Below are positions 38,029-52,300 of a stretch of 64,000 bases of DNA, piece after piece. The notes under the pieces were generated by a model. That model had not been told where the DNA came from, ran no database searches, and saw only the letters and a list, made by a program, of their open reading frames with translations. The position numbers were made by a program, and so were the translations under genes. Source of the stretch: Lingula anatina. Lineage: Eukaryota; Animalia; Brachiopoda. The DNA lies in assembly GCA_051362555.1 (NCBI GenBank), contig CM120642.1, forward strand, positions 17,236,001 through 17,300,000. The letters are read 5' to 3'. Each line of letters starts with the position of its first letter. Positions within the stretch are counted from its first letter, which is position 1.

Positions 38029-39641
38029 CTTTATCTAAGAGACAAAAATAATCATCTTGGGGAGTGCTATATCTGTATGGCACTATCCTCCTCAATCTTG
38101 TGAGTGAAAGCACCTTAAAGTTATGTCAGAATAGACAGACAAATCATGGTTTGAACTACAGGAAGGTTGATAAGGGCAAAAAAGTCAGAATATAAATTAC
38201 TTAAATTGTACTCGAGAAATCATACGCCTACGCTGCCTTTTCTATATTAACATTCTGCTTAATAATTATACATAGCATTCCATTATTTTTATCCATCGAA
38301 TATATTCTATCAACTTACATGTAAATTTAGAGCTGTATACCAGGAACGAAGTATACAAAGTGAATTTTAATGTTGGTGGTGTAAGTAGAGACTATACTCA
38401 CCAATGTGTCAGTAATTGTGCCAGTCCAAGCTTCGCTTATTGAATTGTTTTCTGACATTTTATTTGTGTCAAACACTTCAAATATATTTGTAATTATGAT
38501 ATTCCTATAAATAAAAACAACCTCTTGATTAGCGTCATGGTGAAAAAAAATTACATTTTGTGTAATTGTGTTATGACGTCTTCACTTTATGCGGCAATTA
38601 AATTTTAGTAGAGTTTGAGGTTATAATTGCGTTGCGTTTGCTAAGGCTTCGAGATAGCAGGTGGGTGCAATCGCACTCGCAAATAGCGCGGAATCGGCAT
38701 GCTCTCGCCCGCTCGCAACATATCGAAGCTTTCGAGATATGGGCCCAGGTCGCTCAAAGGACGCACAGGTCGCTCGCAGTTTTACAGGTGAAATCAAAAT
38801 TCGGTCGTTCAAAGGACGCACAAGGGACACAGACTCCTTAACACTAAGACACAATTCAATTTCTTTGGCGATCGTTCAGCGCCCCCTGATTACATTTTTG
38901 ATCACAGATGGGGCGCAGAAAGGGTGCCGTTTAATGCAATGGGACCTTTCAGGGCGTGAATACGAAGATCCTCATAGACTGAAAAATCTAGGATAAAATG
39001 TTTTTCATCTTCAACACACCCTAAATCGCATAGCTTGCCATTACTTAACAGCTAAAATAAATTGCACTTTACTTTCTCCACCTGTAATGTGTTTTTTTCG
39101 CACCATCAAAACCGCAGATAGAATATGACGACTCCCGCTTACGCCATACCAAATCACATAATTATCAAAAGTAGTAAATTATCATTTTATCACTATGTGC
39201 AGAATATAAATGAAGCCACAGTATGTGACAACGTACCGCCCTCATTAGCCGTCACTCCGACTTCTAGAATTGCACGCAATGACACGCGATATGAAGTAGT
39301 GACTTCTTAGCCCTAAATTTTAGGTTAAAAAACAGTAAATTAAATGACAATACATACGTTTTTACTTACATTGCGATGTTGTCTTCGGTATACATACTGT
39401 CACACGCACCAAAAACAACGGTCGGAAAATAGGAAGACCACCTCCCAACTCAAGGCCGCACATGCGCGGCAATAGCTAGACGCCTGCGAGATGTAAAGTT
39501 GGCATTCCACGTTTTTTACTACTGTGATTGTGTATCAGTTCAGTATCAAGTGGCGGTGCATGTGCAGTTCGAGTCGGCAATGAGGACGATTGATCTTTGG
39601 GAAATACTTGGCAACGAAAAAAGGAACGCTGTTATATCACG

Positions 39642-39678
39642 ATGAAGTGTCTTTTATTATTGATGCTAGCCCTTACAG
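39642..39678 (+). other. Extra copy of signal-peptide exon 1 upstream of BL2
   Basis: ATGAAGTGTCTTTTATTATTGATGCTAGCCCTTACAG|GTATTT = MKCLLLLMLALT; paralog of 22643-22679. Confidence 0.7.
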
Positions 39679-40114
39679 GTATTTTTATTATTATTTCAGT
39701 TTCATAGCATCTTGTCGATTATGTTTTTGCGTAACGATGCACATTGTAAGTAGTCCAAGTTTGTATGATAATCGCACCATTTGGAGTACTATAGTTGAGT
39801 GTTTTCGTTTGTCTGTACATGTGACCGTGAAACTTTGTAGTTGATTTAAGGGCGGATGGAGGCCGTCTTCTGGGTCTTTCAGAAGACGGGCAAAACTATG
39901 AAAGTTTACATTGACGGACATCGATTTTTTTCTAACGGAAGAGGGTACAAAAATAAGATTTCGTTGACTATCTTGTTATTTTGTCTGAGACGGTCTTCCG
40001 TATTCATATTAAAAGCTGACAGTATTCCAAATTAACTACCCTTAGTTGAGCTTACTACTTTATGACGAGATTAAAATGCCTGGTTACCAGAGGGTATGCA
40101 GGAGCTCGTAAATA

Positions 40115-41775
40115 CAGACTTGACATTTAATATGGAATATTTTTTCCAAAACATAATTCATCAGTTTTTTTCCTATTTTGCTGACTGATAAATGAAAATA
40201 AGGATTAAAATCGTGTTTTAATAACTTTTGATAATCTCTTCGATGTCACTGTGACATCAGTTTATTAATTGAATTCGTCAGTGAAGCAAACAAAAATACA
40301 TTGCCTATTTTAAGTCATACGACAACCATTGAAAGCGATATTTTGGATCTCCATATTTTCCTAATTATTGTCTTTAAAAGAGTTACACGCCCCACAAAGG
40401 CCCCCCATGTCAGTGTCTAGTCACAGCAACAGTCGCTGTTACGCTTGACCTCATCTTGCTGCTACCAGAGCTTTCAAGCCGCAAGGCATTTCTTATGATA
40501 GGCTTTTTAGAGTTTAATCTGGAATAAAATTCCAGAATACGGTTAAAACTTGTCCAATTTGGCTCAGTTTTGATGTAGGACATGCAGGCCGTTGATTCGG
40601 AGAGTAATGACCTACCCACATATTGTCTATGTGGTTCAAATATGGCGATTTTGATGACCAAGGTAGCTACTCATTCCCTTGGTTCTGTAAGTTATCTGCT
40701 ATTAAATGTGCTCTGTGTGAACCGGCAACCTCGCCCTGCAACCTAAAATTGTTCCTAAGGTGCCCCCTATCAAATAATAGTCAAGTGGTTCCCAGATTAT
40801 TTCTTTATTTGATCTGGTTAAGGTTTTCATCAATGACTACCATTGGTGTTTTGGCACCAATGTGGTATCCACTCCAAATACTGACACTGTCAATGACCCT
40901 AGCCTCTTAATAAGTGGCACACATTTCGTCGAAGGCCTTTTCAGAATGTCTGTAAACTCTGTTTTGACCAGTTTGGCGGTACAGGTAAAATCTGGCCTCA
41001 GTAAAGAAGCCACGCGGTTTCAGTGTTGTACCCAGAAACTGTCATGGTCCCCAATTCATTAGAGAAACAGACTAAGCTGCTTTGCTGTTTACAGTGGCTT
41101 CCTCAGAGGTCGCCTGGAATCCTTACCTGCTGAAATCAGTTTGGTGTTCGTTAAGAGCCTTGAAAAACAAGTTTTGGTGACAATTTGTCCCTCATTTAAA
41201 ACGGACTGGGTGGTATTGGTTTAATTGCAGCAGCATATCCTGAAGGACAGTGAGTCCTATACCCTGGTGGTAAGACGTCGATGCATTGGGCTTGGTCTCT
41301 GTGTAGTGCCTCAAACTGAGCATAACTCTATAAAACTGTGTAGACCGTTCCGTTTGACACAATAATCTGTCTGGCAATGTCTGTGTTTTTCGCGCCATTC
41401 TGGCACAGCTTAACAGTTTTGTAAAACGCTGCTTAACTCATTTTACGCACTGCAAAACCGACCGCTTGTATGCAAAATTTCAAATTCTTCTATGCAGTAT
41501 TTGCCGACATATGGATACTTTATTGACAGAACCATCCTTCGCCAAAGCCAAGCTTTGACTAGCCCAAAGGAGCACTGCCCAATTAAATCACTGCATATTA
41601 CACAAGGCAGCAGTGCAACAGACTTGGTAGTCAGTTAATTGGCAGCGACACACCTGACTTCACACTTCTCCAGACAGATGTCTTATATGAAATCTGATTT
41701 TTTAAAAAAAAAGAACGCATTTTGACCTAGGTATACCTTTAAAACTGAAATATTCCATATTAAATGTCAAGAGTG
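40115..41775 (-). mobile_element. Decayed Tc1/mariner DNA transposon (1.66 kb)
   Basis: TIRs CAGACTTGACATTTAATATGGAATATTT / AAATATTCCATATTAAATGTCAAGAGTG, TA TSD, empty site at about 57640 (CGTAAATAATTAAAC). Minus-strand remnant PWSSKSPYLNHIDNMW at about 40616-40663 resembles the Tc1 WPxxSPDLNPIENxW motif; many stops. Confidence 0.85.
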
Positions 41776-42627
41776 TAATTAAACTTGTTTATTATGCAAC
41801 GCCGCACTCCCAAGACCAGGTAAACAGGTAACTCAACGTGTCAGATTCATAGCACATATACCCTTAGTATGTTTTCAATATCTCTCTCTTTTTTAATGTT
41901 ATTGGTATTTTTAAATGACGTTTAATATCGATATTAAAAAAAAAGTGAGTTCAGACACGGTCGCAAATATTCATGAAGAGATCGCTCTCAGGGTATCTTG
42001 AAGCATTACAGTACCACGGATTCGTTACATGAAAAAGAGTGTTGTGTCCTTTGAGAATTTATTTATTTGTTTCTAAAGAGTATTTCAACCGAAATGTTTA
42101 TAATTTAAAACCAAAGTGGAAACCTGTACGTGGAACGCATTCGTGGATGACGTGACTTTACAAGAAATTTGGATGGCTAAGACGTTTTATACGTCGAGAC
42201 ACAAAATAAAGCACCACACGGCCTATTGTCTTTTGACGGGAAGAGTGCTTTAAACAATAAATTGGTAACTAGTACGGATAACAATTCACGGATAATGTCG
42301 CTATTAATTACCTGAGTACACCCTTTGTTGAGGAGAGAGAATACGTGATAACTCGATGTTCAGTGCCCATCTAAGTTACTCAATAACATCTATTCCCTGG
42401 AAGTTAATGCATTCAGCGAAAATAACCAGAGGGTGAATTGCGCAACATTTGTTCATTTGATTGACTCACTTAGGTCATTTTCAATAAAGGCTGAATTAGA
42501 ACTAAACGCTCCATTGTGTGTCGTTCATTCTGGTCTGTATCGGCGCATGCGCAGTCCAAGTCATAGTTGACTGATTTATCAGGAAGACATTCTATCGGAG
42601 CAGCCAGGAAGACCAGTAAATAGAGCG

Positions 42628-45531
42628 ATGAAGTGTCTTTTGGTATTGATGCTAGTTTTCACAGGTATTATCTTCGTTCTCACGTCATCTTGTTTAAGAC
42701 CCAGTAATTCGGACATGTAGGGAAGCTTATAAGGTTTAGACTAGACAGATTTAAAATTTACGACAGTTTGATCTGCAACAAAGTGATCGCACAGTTATTG
42801 TAGACTAGCTGACATTGGTCAGTTTGTTCTTGATAAAGTCACACAATAAGGGTTAGTCTTTGTAAAAGGTGTTAGTAAATTGTTTTCCCAGAAATTTCAA
42901 CATTTCTCTCCAAATCAGCAAGATATTTATATCGGACACCATTGACAAAATTATTTTAAAATGTTTCTCTTATTATTCTCATTGTTTTAATAGATACTTA
43001 GAAATGACATTTCATATTTGGTATTGCTTAATCGTATAATTTAAAAAATTCACCGTGAAAAGATTTCTCGTGGTCTCTAGATAAGATGATAAAACAAAGT
43101 CATTCTTGACCAAATAAAGAGAGTCACACACTTAGCTTCAATCTAACATCTACAATGTAGAGCTCGTGATCATGTGAATAGCAATTTCGCGCAAAGCAAG
43201 CTCCCCAATTCTAACATAAGCCTCAAGGCACGTAAGACCATTGCCTCATCTATAGTGTAATGAGGACATATGATGACGCTACCTGCAGACAAAGGAAAGG
43301 CCACGGTGGCAAGGGACACTAACGCATACAAATAAAAATCTCCGAAATGTTGTCCCATTCTAACACCTATTAGACTCTACTTTTATTTCTATAGTAATGA
43401 AAAAATAGTTGATGTACTTTCATTACTTTACTAATTAGATATATATCCATTTGCTTTACAGTTCCGCTCACTAGCGTGCAACGGATCTCAAAAGAAGAGA
43501 CTACATTAGACGCCTTGATAATGGACGTTCTGTCCTGCTTTAACATCCCAGGGTTATCGTTAACTCTGGTGAAAAATGGGCGTATTATTCTGGCGAAGGG
43601 CTACGGCGTAAAGGACGAATTGAGCCGCGAACCTGTTAAAAACACTACACTGTTTGAAATAGGCTCGTTGACGAAAGCCTTCGCAGCTACTTTGCTATCG
43701 AACGAATTATATGGAATGGGGTAAGATTAAAACCGATTTGTTTGTAATTTGGTACATGTAAATAGGCTATAACTTCACAATCGTATGGAGCCGTATATTT
43801 TACTAACATTTATTTTGGTTTGTGCAGGGTGAGTTATTGCATGTACATGAAATTCGTTTGTCAATCCCTCTGTTGAACATAAATTGTTGGTGGAATATTA
43901 TTTATTCGATTTTTTCTCAAACATTTTGTATGTCATATTCCATGAGGTTTTTCAAACTAGACTAAATATATCAACTACGATCGAAGGCTAAGTGATAGAT
44001 TGTTCTTTTCTGACTGAGAGCTTAAACCACTATCATATAGGACTTATTTATTAATTTTTGTCTTTGACTCCAAAACTAATTATGAACATGATTGTAAAAC
44101 AAATGCGATTTTCTCCCCTCAGACTTCACTTAGACACACCGCTGACGTCAGTGGAAGGACTGCGCGATTTGAGATTTTCGACGGAAGAACTGACGTCACA
44201 TGTCACAGCTCGGGACCTTCTAAGTCACAGGACGGGCATTCTCAACTACGACAAGGCAAGACTGAATGGACAGATAACGTTAGACAACCTTGCCGAGTAA
44301 GCCAAAATAACTGTCATTTGTTAAAGACGTCCAGTTTCAGACGCAACAAGCTGGATTCATTACAATATAGATGAATCTGGTTATCAGACTTACTTTTAAG
44401 ATCTTTAAATTTGGAAGTTCTTTTAGTTATAAAGTGTTCATTCGACAGTGGCGGATTTTGGGGGTGGGGAATGTGGACCCCCTGACAGCCCCCCCCCCCT
44501 TGATTTCTGAAAAAAATCACAGCAGTGGTCCCATGTTGAAATTTGAATTTTGACTAGCCGAATCATAATTCTAAACCGTACCAAATGGCACCGTTCGCCC
44601 TCTAAAATACCAAATTTTCAGCGGGCTTGACATTCCTAAAAACCGGACCCCCTTTCAAATAATCCTGGATCCACCCCTGCTTATATTCTAGAATCACATC
44701 GGTTATTTATTCGTGTTTGTATGCTTTGTTTTTAGACACCTACCGGATTTCGAAGCAGGCTATCCTCTCAGAAGCAAATTCCTGTACAACAACCTCATGT
44801 ATGGCCTAGTTGGTCACGTGACACAACGTCTGACCGGGAAACGCTGGGCAGATGCCGTGCAGAACGAGTTGTTGACACCATTACGCATGCTCAATACTGC
44901 CGTTCTCAACTCCACCAATTATGAACAATTTCATCTGCCGACACCTTACCATTTTCCCTATGACAAACCTGAAGCACGTCGAGAAATATCAACTGATATC
45001 TTGAAGTAAGTGCTCTTTGATTTGAGGGTCAAGTTCAATACTTCTTTTTTTTTTGTTCTTTTTTAACATGAAATTCAGAACAGGTCTTTCATTTTGTGTA
45101 TTCATTATTGGTAAACATGTTATTGCAAACGAACAAAAATCCTGATTATATTTTTTTAAACTTCATTTTACAGATTATGGTCAATGAATCCCCCATCAAT
45201 GGCTATCGTTTCCGATGCAATAGACATGGGGAAATGGCTACTGTTTCAACTTAACGAAGGCAAGGCGGAGGGCGGCCTTCAAGTAGTTTCGAAAAAAACC
45301 CTTGCAGAAGTTTACAGACCAGTGATTCTAGCACTTCATCCCCGCAACAAACTAACAGTCCGGCCCACTACTCCAGTCACATTGCTTTTTGAAGAATATG
45401 GCTGTGCTTGGAAAAGTGGCCATTACCGAGGTACAAGAAGTTTGGCTGGCACTTTTCAGTCATAATAAGTGATTTTAATTATTTTCCATTTACTTTATTA
45501 ATTAAATAATTGTTTGTTTGTTTGTTAATTC

Positions 45532-45574
<43 letters not shown>

Positions 45575-46944
45575 TGTGGTGTTGATGAAGAAAGATGTTT
45601 GAGAATATTGTTTCTGTTATTTCATTATCATTTTAATCAAGTCTTCCATGTGCGCATAGTCCTCTACCTCTCTTAAGACCCTGAAAAGGGACTGATGACC
45701 CAGTAATGCTGCCCTAATTCTTTGTATTTTTTACTAAATATATGCCTGAACGCACAGTGGACTTTTATTATACACCTGGAACCTACTAGTATATGACCGT
45801 TTATACAAAGACCCCATTCCCATAGACAAACCACAGGTCTACATACCGATAGATCGATCCAACTCTGCAGGGACTCTCGCTAAGTGCATTCAGCTCTACT
45901 AAATGGAACACCTCGTTTCCAACGTACTCGAATATTCACCAACTTTTTTGTATAATACATTAATTAGACCAAGGCGAGAAGTGTTAACATATTTACCTGA
46001 TTGTACTCAGCAAGAGTCCCCAAAGGATTGGGTCGATTCACTTAGACCGATCGATGGTGTCTATGGAATTGGGCCTAAGACGCACTAAACAAGTGGGACC
46101 TAGAATTATATTAAAGTTAAGATACTCTGTCACCTAATTGTTCTCGTAACAGAGACAGGTAAATTTTTAATATTTGCTAGAAGGAGATAATTTAATGGAA
46201 TTGTGACAGCATGAGATATGGAAAAAAAAAACGGTTAGGGGTTTATATATATTTTTATTCCCATTCCTCGTTTTAGGATATCCTATAGTGGCGCACACCG
46301 GGTCAACTCACGGATTTTCTTCCATTCTCGCATTTATTCCATCAAAACAGAGTGGCATATATTTGAATTTCAACACAAACGACAGGCCTCACCTGCGAAG
46401 GCACGTGTTGATGGCGCACTTGTTGGACATCGTTTTGGAGGAGAAACCATGGCTGAACAGTTCCACGATTTGCACATTTCCCGCACCATTCGCTCAGTGG
46501 CAACACATCCCCAAGTCTGGAGTGAACAAAACCCCGGATACAGTTGGAGCAGGAACAAGACCACTCAACAATTATGCTGGGCAATATCATCACCCTGTAT
46601 TTGGCACCGTCACCGTAGTACATAACGCCACAGAGCCGTTTCTACGCATGTTTTATGGACCGCTAGGACAGTGGGTGCTTCATCCAAATAAGTCTGATGA
46701 GTTTTATGGGGAGGGCGAGGGCGCCGTTTGGAACTTTGATCTTTGGGGTCTCAAGTTCAGTAGCCAAGACAAAAATAGTGGTGAAATTGATGTTTTTGTC
46801 ATAACATCTTTTGAAGAGAGAAAACCCCCAGTTTTTCTGAAGGTGACGGGAAAACAGACGACATCTGGTTTGGATGTAGGCTTTCTCTCTTACCTTATAT
46901 TATTTTTGTTTACTTTACTGGCAAGATATAAGTTGAAAAAATAA
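42628..46944 (+). CDS. BL2: beta-lactamase / PBP-like protein, about 554 aa (BL3-like 5' part, BL1-like 3' end)
   Basis: Exons 42628-42664, 43462-43720, 44123-44296, 44736-45005, 45174-45430, 46277-46944; SLTK, YNN and HTG motifs intact; hydrophobic C-terminal tail. Confidence 0.9.
44446..44679. mobile_element. MITE (CAGTGGCGGAT...GGATCCACCCCTG) in BL2 intron 3
   Basis: Inverted termini; a longer copy at the equivalent position in BL3; absent from BL1 intron 3. Confidence 0.65.
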
Positions 46945-47147
46945 ATACGAACATAAAATAGTTTAAAACATAATTATTTTTGTAGATATATTGTAAGTAT
47001 ATGTATCTGGGCGGTAAGCTTACGGCCTATAGGCTCACGATTTTCAAAATTTGTCAAAACGTATAGTTGATGTATAGCTTTGCGATTCGTACGATTTCCT
47101 CGGCTGCCGCCTGCATCCGCACAGACGTTGCACGAAAAGGGACTTAG

Positions 47148-47349
47148 GTTGCCAAATGTTAACAAGCTCATCAAAGCTCTGTTTTGCCCATGCTTCTGTC
47201 ATATCTTGTGGCCTTTGTTTTTCTCTTTCGCCAATTTTTTTATCCATAGTATGGGGGATGCTCGTGCCACAATTTAATGGGATGTTGTTTTCATCATTCC
47301 CGAATTTGTAACTTTGTATCATTCGTTGAGCTTGTTAACATTTGGCAAC
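47148..47349. mobile_element. About 200-bp MITE downstream of BL2 (duplicate of 32425-32626)
   Basis: GTTGCCAAATGTTAACAAGCTCA ... TGAGCTTGTTAACATTTGGCAAC. Confidence 0.7.
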
Positions 47350-47564
47350 ATAAAACAGCATTTATGGTGATAATTGTGTGGGAAATGCCATGTTTAAATT
47401 ATAAGGGGTAGTCTAATTTATGCACGTAAAAGAAACGGAGATAATACATATACTATTTTGTAAGCGTTTATAATGTATCGAACTCCTTAAACGTAACCTA
47501 TTCATGATTTTCCACTCAAAAGGAATACTCTTCTGGGAAAAAGCAAATCCCTTCTATTCCATAG

Positions 47565-47777
47565 GACGCCTTGATAATGGACGTTCTGTCCTGCTTTAAC
47601 ATCCCAGGGTTGGCGTTAACTCTGGTGAAAAATGGGCGTATTATTTTGGCGAAGGGCTACGGCGTAAAGGACGAATTCAGCCGCGAACCTGTTAAAAACA
47701 CTTCACTGTTTGAGATTGGCTCATTGACGAAAGCCTTCGCAGCTACTTTGCTATCGAAAGAATTACATGGAATGGGG
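47565..47777 (+). pseudogene. Orphan partial copy of beta-lactamase-like exon 2 (second unit)
   Basis: Paralog of 32842-33054; DALIMDVLSCFNIPGLAL...IGSLTK...HGMG; donor now GTAAAA. Confidence 0.8.
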
Positions 47778-48247
47778 TAAAAATAAAAGCGATTTGTTCG
47801 TAATTTGGTATATGTAAGTACACTATAACTTCACATTATATTCGTATATTTTACTAACATTGATTTCGGTTTGTACCGGGCACGTTGTTGCATGTACATG
47901 AATTCGTTTGTCAATCCCTCTGTTGAACATAAATTGTTGGTGGAATATTTTATGTTATATTTTTTCCAAACATTGTTAATTTCTACTTTTTTATCTTCTT
48001 TAATATGCTTACGATAAAACTGAACTGTAACAGTCGGCAATGTTAACCCAGTTATTTGATTATTGACTCGATACCTGAACACCACAAAGTTGCTGACCTG
48101 AGCTGTTATCAGCACAAAGTTCAGGCAGATATAATGCTGGAGTACTGTAGTTCCTGACTTGATGTGAATAAAAATTTACTAGCTGAAGGTTTTCCTCTTT
48201 ATGGTTAATAGTGATCTAGTTGTAATAACAACGTATCAGATCATCGA

Positions 48248-48722
48248 ATGATGGATCTTGGGAGCAAAGACAACATCGTTAAGGCAAATGTTTTTACTTA
48301 TTAGTATTGACATAAACATAGAGACTATATTTTTACGTTCATGTACAGTATGTGTTTTGGGCTCTTGTATTTAAAAAGCCACCAGACGTGATAAGCTTGT
48401 GATAAAAAACGTGCCACAATTGTAAAATTGCAAAAAGTATCAGTGTTAGTGGCCACAATATATGCATTTTGTTTGGTGTTGGAATGCCTGATGGCGAGTT
48501 GTGAAAGCCCTTTTACTGAAATGAAAACTACCTCCCAGGTGTTTCACAAAAGTATTTAACAAGCGTCAGTTCAAGTTCCTTTGTTCATTTATGAATAAGA
48601 AATGATGCAGCTTCCAAAGCAAAAACATAAATCGGTGCAAGAAATTCTCATTCATAACCGTGACACATAACCATATTCCATGTCATGGGAGCATTCATGT
48701 ACCAGATATTGAGCATCCAGGT

Positions 48723-48766
<44 letters not shown>

Positions 48767-48952
48767 TTTATTGAGCACATGAAATGAGAGTACATTTATA
48801 GGCTCTCTACACTACTAATTATAATAAACTTAAGTTTAAATACATGTACATAGTAATAATAAAGTTAAAGTATAATACCAGGTGTTATCTCAATTTGGAT
48901 AGCTTCCGTTTTCTCATAGCACTGTTTATAAACTTTATGACTATGTTTAAAA

Positions 48953-48988
<36 letters not shown>

Positions 48989-49288
48989 CGAAATGTTTTC
49001 AGGTCCCAGACGGCGAAGGCAATACAATAACCATGACTGAGCACTCTGGGTTTCATTGGCCCCTCTTCCCCGGGTTATCACAGCGACTGGAGGAAGACTT
49101 GGCCCAGTTCAAAACTAGACCTGACGATACATGGATTATCAATTGGCCTAAATCAGGTAGTGGATGATATGATATCTCATAACTTCGCAAATAAGACAGT
49201 GTTTGCATATGTGAAGAAAAGAGAAAAGTAAGGATTATTTGTTCTTTCGGTTATTAATATCTATTGCGCATGAGATATTTACTCATAA

Positions 49289-49330
<42 letters not shown>

Positions 49331-52300
49331 GAAAAATGCGTACATTTTAGAAAAACAATCCAATCCAGCTGGGTCTAAAACTCCCACTGTCTTTTAATCC
49401 TATGAATCACTTCTGTAATGACGAACGCATGCGATGGAGATATTTCCAAACGCCTGTTTATAATGAGTAAGTTATTAATAATGATTGTAGGAACACACTG
49501 GTGTTAACGTTGGGAGATATGTAGGACAGCGTATGCTAGTCAATGGCAAAGCCGAAAATCCATAGTCACTGCAACTGAATGTGCTGCTATTTGTAATATA
49601 CCATATATAAAAAATAACGTACATTGTATTATATTATGTATATAGGGACTCACTGGTGTTGGGAGATATGCTGTATGCTAGTCAGCGGTAAAGCCGAGCT
49701 GTTACAACAATCCAAGGCTACTGCAATGTACCCAGACTGTGTTGGGAACGCTGAAGTAGAACCCATACCATCACCGCGGGTATTAAACACCCACGCAACC
49801 CCTGATAACTTCCCAAAAGAAGCGCTGGAGAAGTCCAAGTTGATTTTTACAGTAAGACATCCCAAGGATGCGGTTGTGTCTTATTTTCACCACATGAAGG
49901 GGATAAAATTGTACGACTACGAAAGAGGAACGTGGGCTGGGTTTCTGCCTGTCTTTCTTGAGGGGAAAAGTACGTTTTGAGTTATGTTTTCTGATTTAAG
50001 ATATTAAGAATTGGATTAAAATAAATGAAATTATTGCATCCATAAAATATTTGAGCTTGATTATATATTCAAGTTGTTATACTTGAATATCGGACTTTCA
50101 TGCTTTGTCTTGGTGTTTATCTGTACATAATGGGCAAATCTTTACCTACGGTAACTAGGTGGTAGTCCTGTGAAATGCCTCTTCAACTGTCGATTAAACA
50201 AATTTATGATCGTTGGAGTCATTTAGAAAAGGACTAGTATCTGTTTCACACCTGAGTTACAAATTGTTTTATGTATTATCTATAATATTGTTATTTAGAT
50301 GAATACGGAGACTGGTTAAACCATACAGAGTCTTGGTTGTCTGTTTTGGACGGCAAACCCAACGCTCTTATTCTCAAATTTGAGGACTTGAAAAAGGTTC
50401 GTTTTCGGTTTTTTTTTTCACACTTTACCGAACTGTACAAGTAAATTCTACTTCTTGGCTTGTAAGTAAATGGCTAATTTTAATTTAAAAAAACAACAGT
50501 TATGGTAAATAATTGTGTTTATGGAGGAAACGGCACGGTTATAGGGAGTAGTTTAACACCCCATTTCCATAGATTTTTAGATCGATCTATCCCTGTGGGG
50601 AGTCTCACTAGATTACTGTCAGCTTGGCCGGCTTAAGCGTCTGTCCCGCCTACTAAAAGCTGTAAGGGGATAATTAACTATGGTGCCCGCTCGGCTGACT
50701 GAAATTTAGCGTGAACCCCCAGGGAGTTAGGTCGATCTAAAACTTAATCTTTAGATCGATCTAAATCTCTGGGAAAGCACCCTAAGTTGGAATACTAGCA
50801 TTGGTGCAAGCCAGTCGGTTTTTAGCTACGGTTGAGTGCAATGATTATAGTCCACTTGAATTGTTTTATCACCTACACTCGAAGATCACTAACTTAAAAT
50901 ATTATTTCAATTTCATTTTTAATGACGATCCGTCTTTCTTCCTGGTGGCTGCAAGTTCATATGGACATTACTCATATATTTTTATTACTTTTGGATGATT
51001 AACTCCATGACAGAAAATCGCCATTAATTAAAATGAAAAAATGTAATATGATATGAAGTAATAAGATGGGGGGGGGGGGGGGGTAGTTACAACATCAAAT
51101 TAAATGATCACACATACATTCCCCTTACAATGGAGCAAAAAGATGGCAAAGAGCAAAACAATGGCTACAAGATGTGAGAGTTGCTCACATCCCCTCTATT
51201 ACTTACACGCGTAATAATTTAAGAAGTACACTTCATTACCGTTAAGTTATAATATATAGTCGCCAAACATTTCAACTTTCTTATCATCAGACTTTACCCA
51301 CGTGGCATATTTTTTTCGGAATTTCAGGACTTAAGGAAAGAGGTTCAACATATTGCCGAGTTTCTTGAAGTATCGCGTTCGGATGAATTTTACGACGATG
51401 TTGCTCGTCTTTGTTCATTTGACAGCATGAAGGAAGGGAAATTTTCTGGCAAAGATAGCAATATATGGAGAGCAGAGTCGTCTGGAGTATTCAGGAAAGG
51501 TTAGTGGGAACTGGTCTTGGCATTTTCAACAATTGATCGAGACGAAATCTTTAGTCATTTTGGGGCTAACTCTTAAAATACTGAGACCGCTGACTATGTT
51601 GATTTTTACAAAAAATATTAGGGCGCTTACCTTGTTTTTCTTTCTAAAAATTAGCCGAGACTTCCAGGAAGTTGCATAAAGTCCGTTTCAACTACTGAAA
51701 TCCATTTATCAGCAAGTATTTGCTATAATATGTTTGTTGAATATTTTACAGTGAAAAACGTTTGTTTGAATACATTTTGAGCACTTAATGCCCCTTGGCG
51801 GTTTTCCTAAATGAGTGATATTTTCACCATTACTTTGTTTTTGAAATTTTATCAAAGTGAAACTATTCAGTTAGGTTGTGAAGTTCGTTATGTTTTGCCT
51901 CATTTCATTGTCGATGACTTGCATACCACGACCGAAAGATACCGTGGATGTCAACTTCGGCTCTGTTACAATAAACAGTCTGATCGTTTAACTCGTTTAT
52001 TTCTACTTAATAGTTAGATTATTGCTAAATGTTCACAATCTGGCTCGTCATTAATTGTTTTGTACAGTTCTCAAAACTATCACGATTGGATGGAAACCAC
52101 ACAATCCCTACGCTTACTTTCAAAAGATACTATAATATAACTCTATTTAAATATACAAAGTTCATTTCATATTGTGAGCAGTCTTGAAAATAATATTCCT
52201 AACCTTATCCGTGGTTTCTGAGAGTTGCTTAAAACAAAAATATATTTTCCAGTTGTTTGGAGTACAAATTAATAATTCGTTTTTTATTTTACTATTTATA

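Noticed and set aside
45690-45720. CTGATGA as a hammerhead ribozyme core (also at 18092 and 23574)
   Set aside because: No convincing stem II with GAAA and closing stems.
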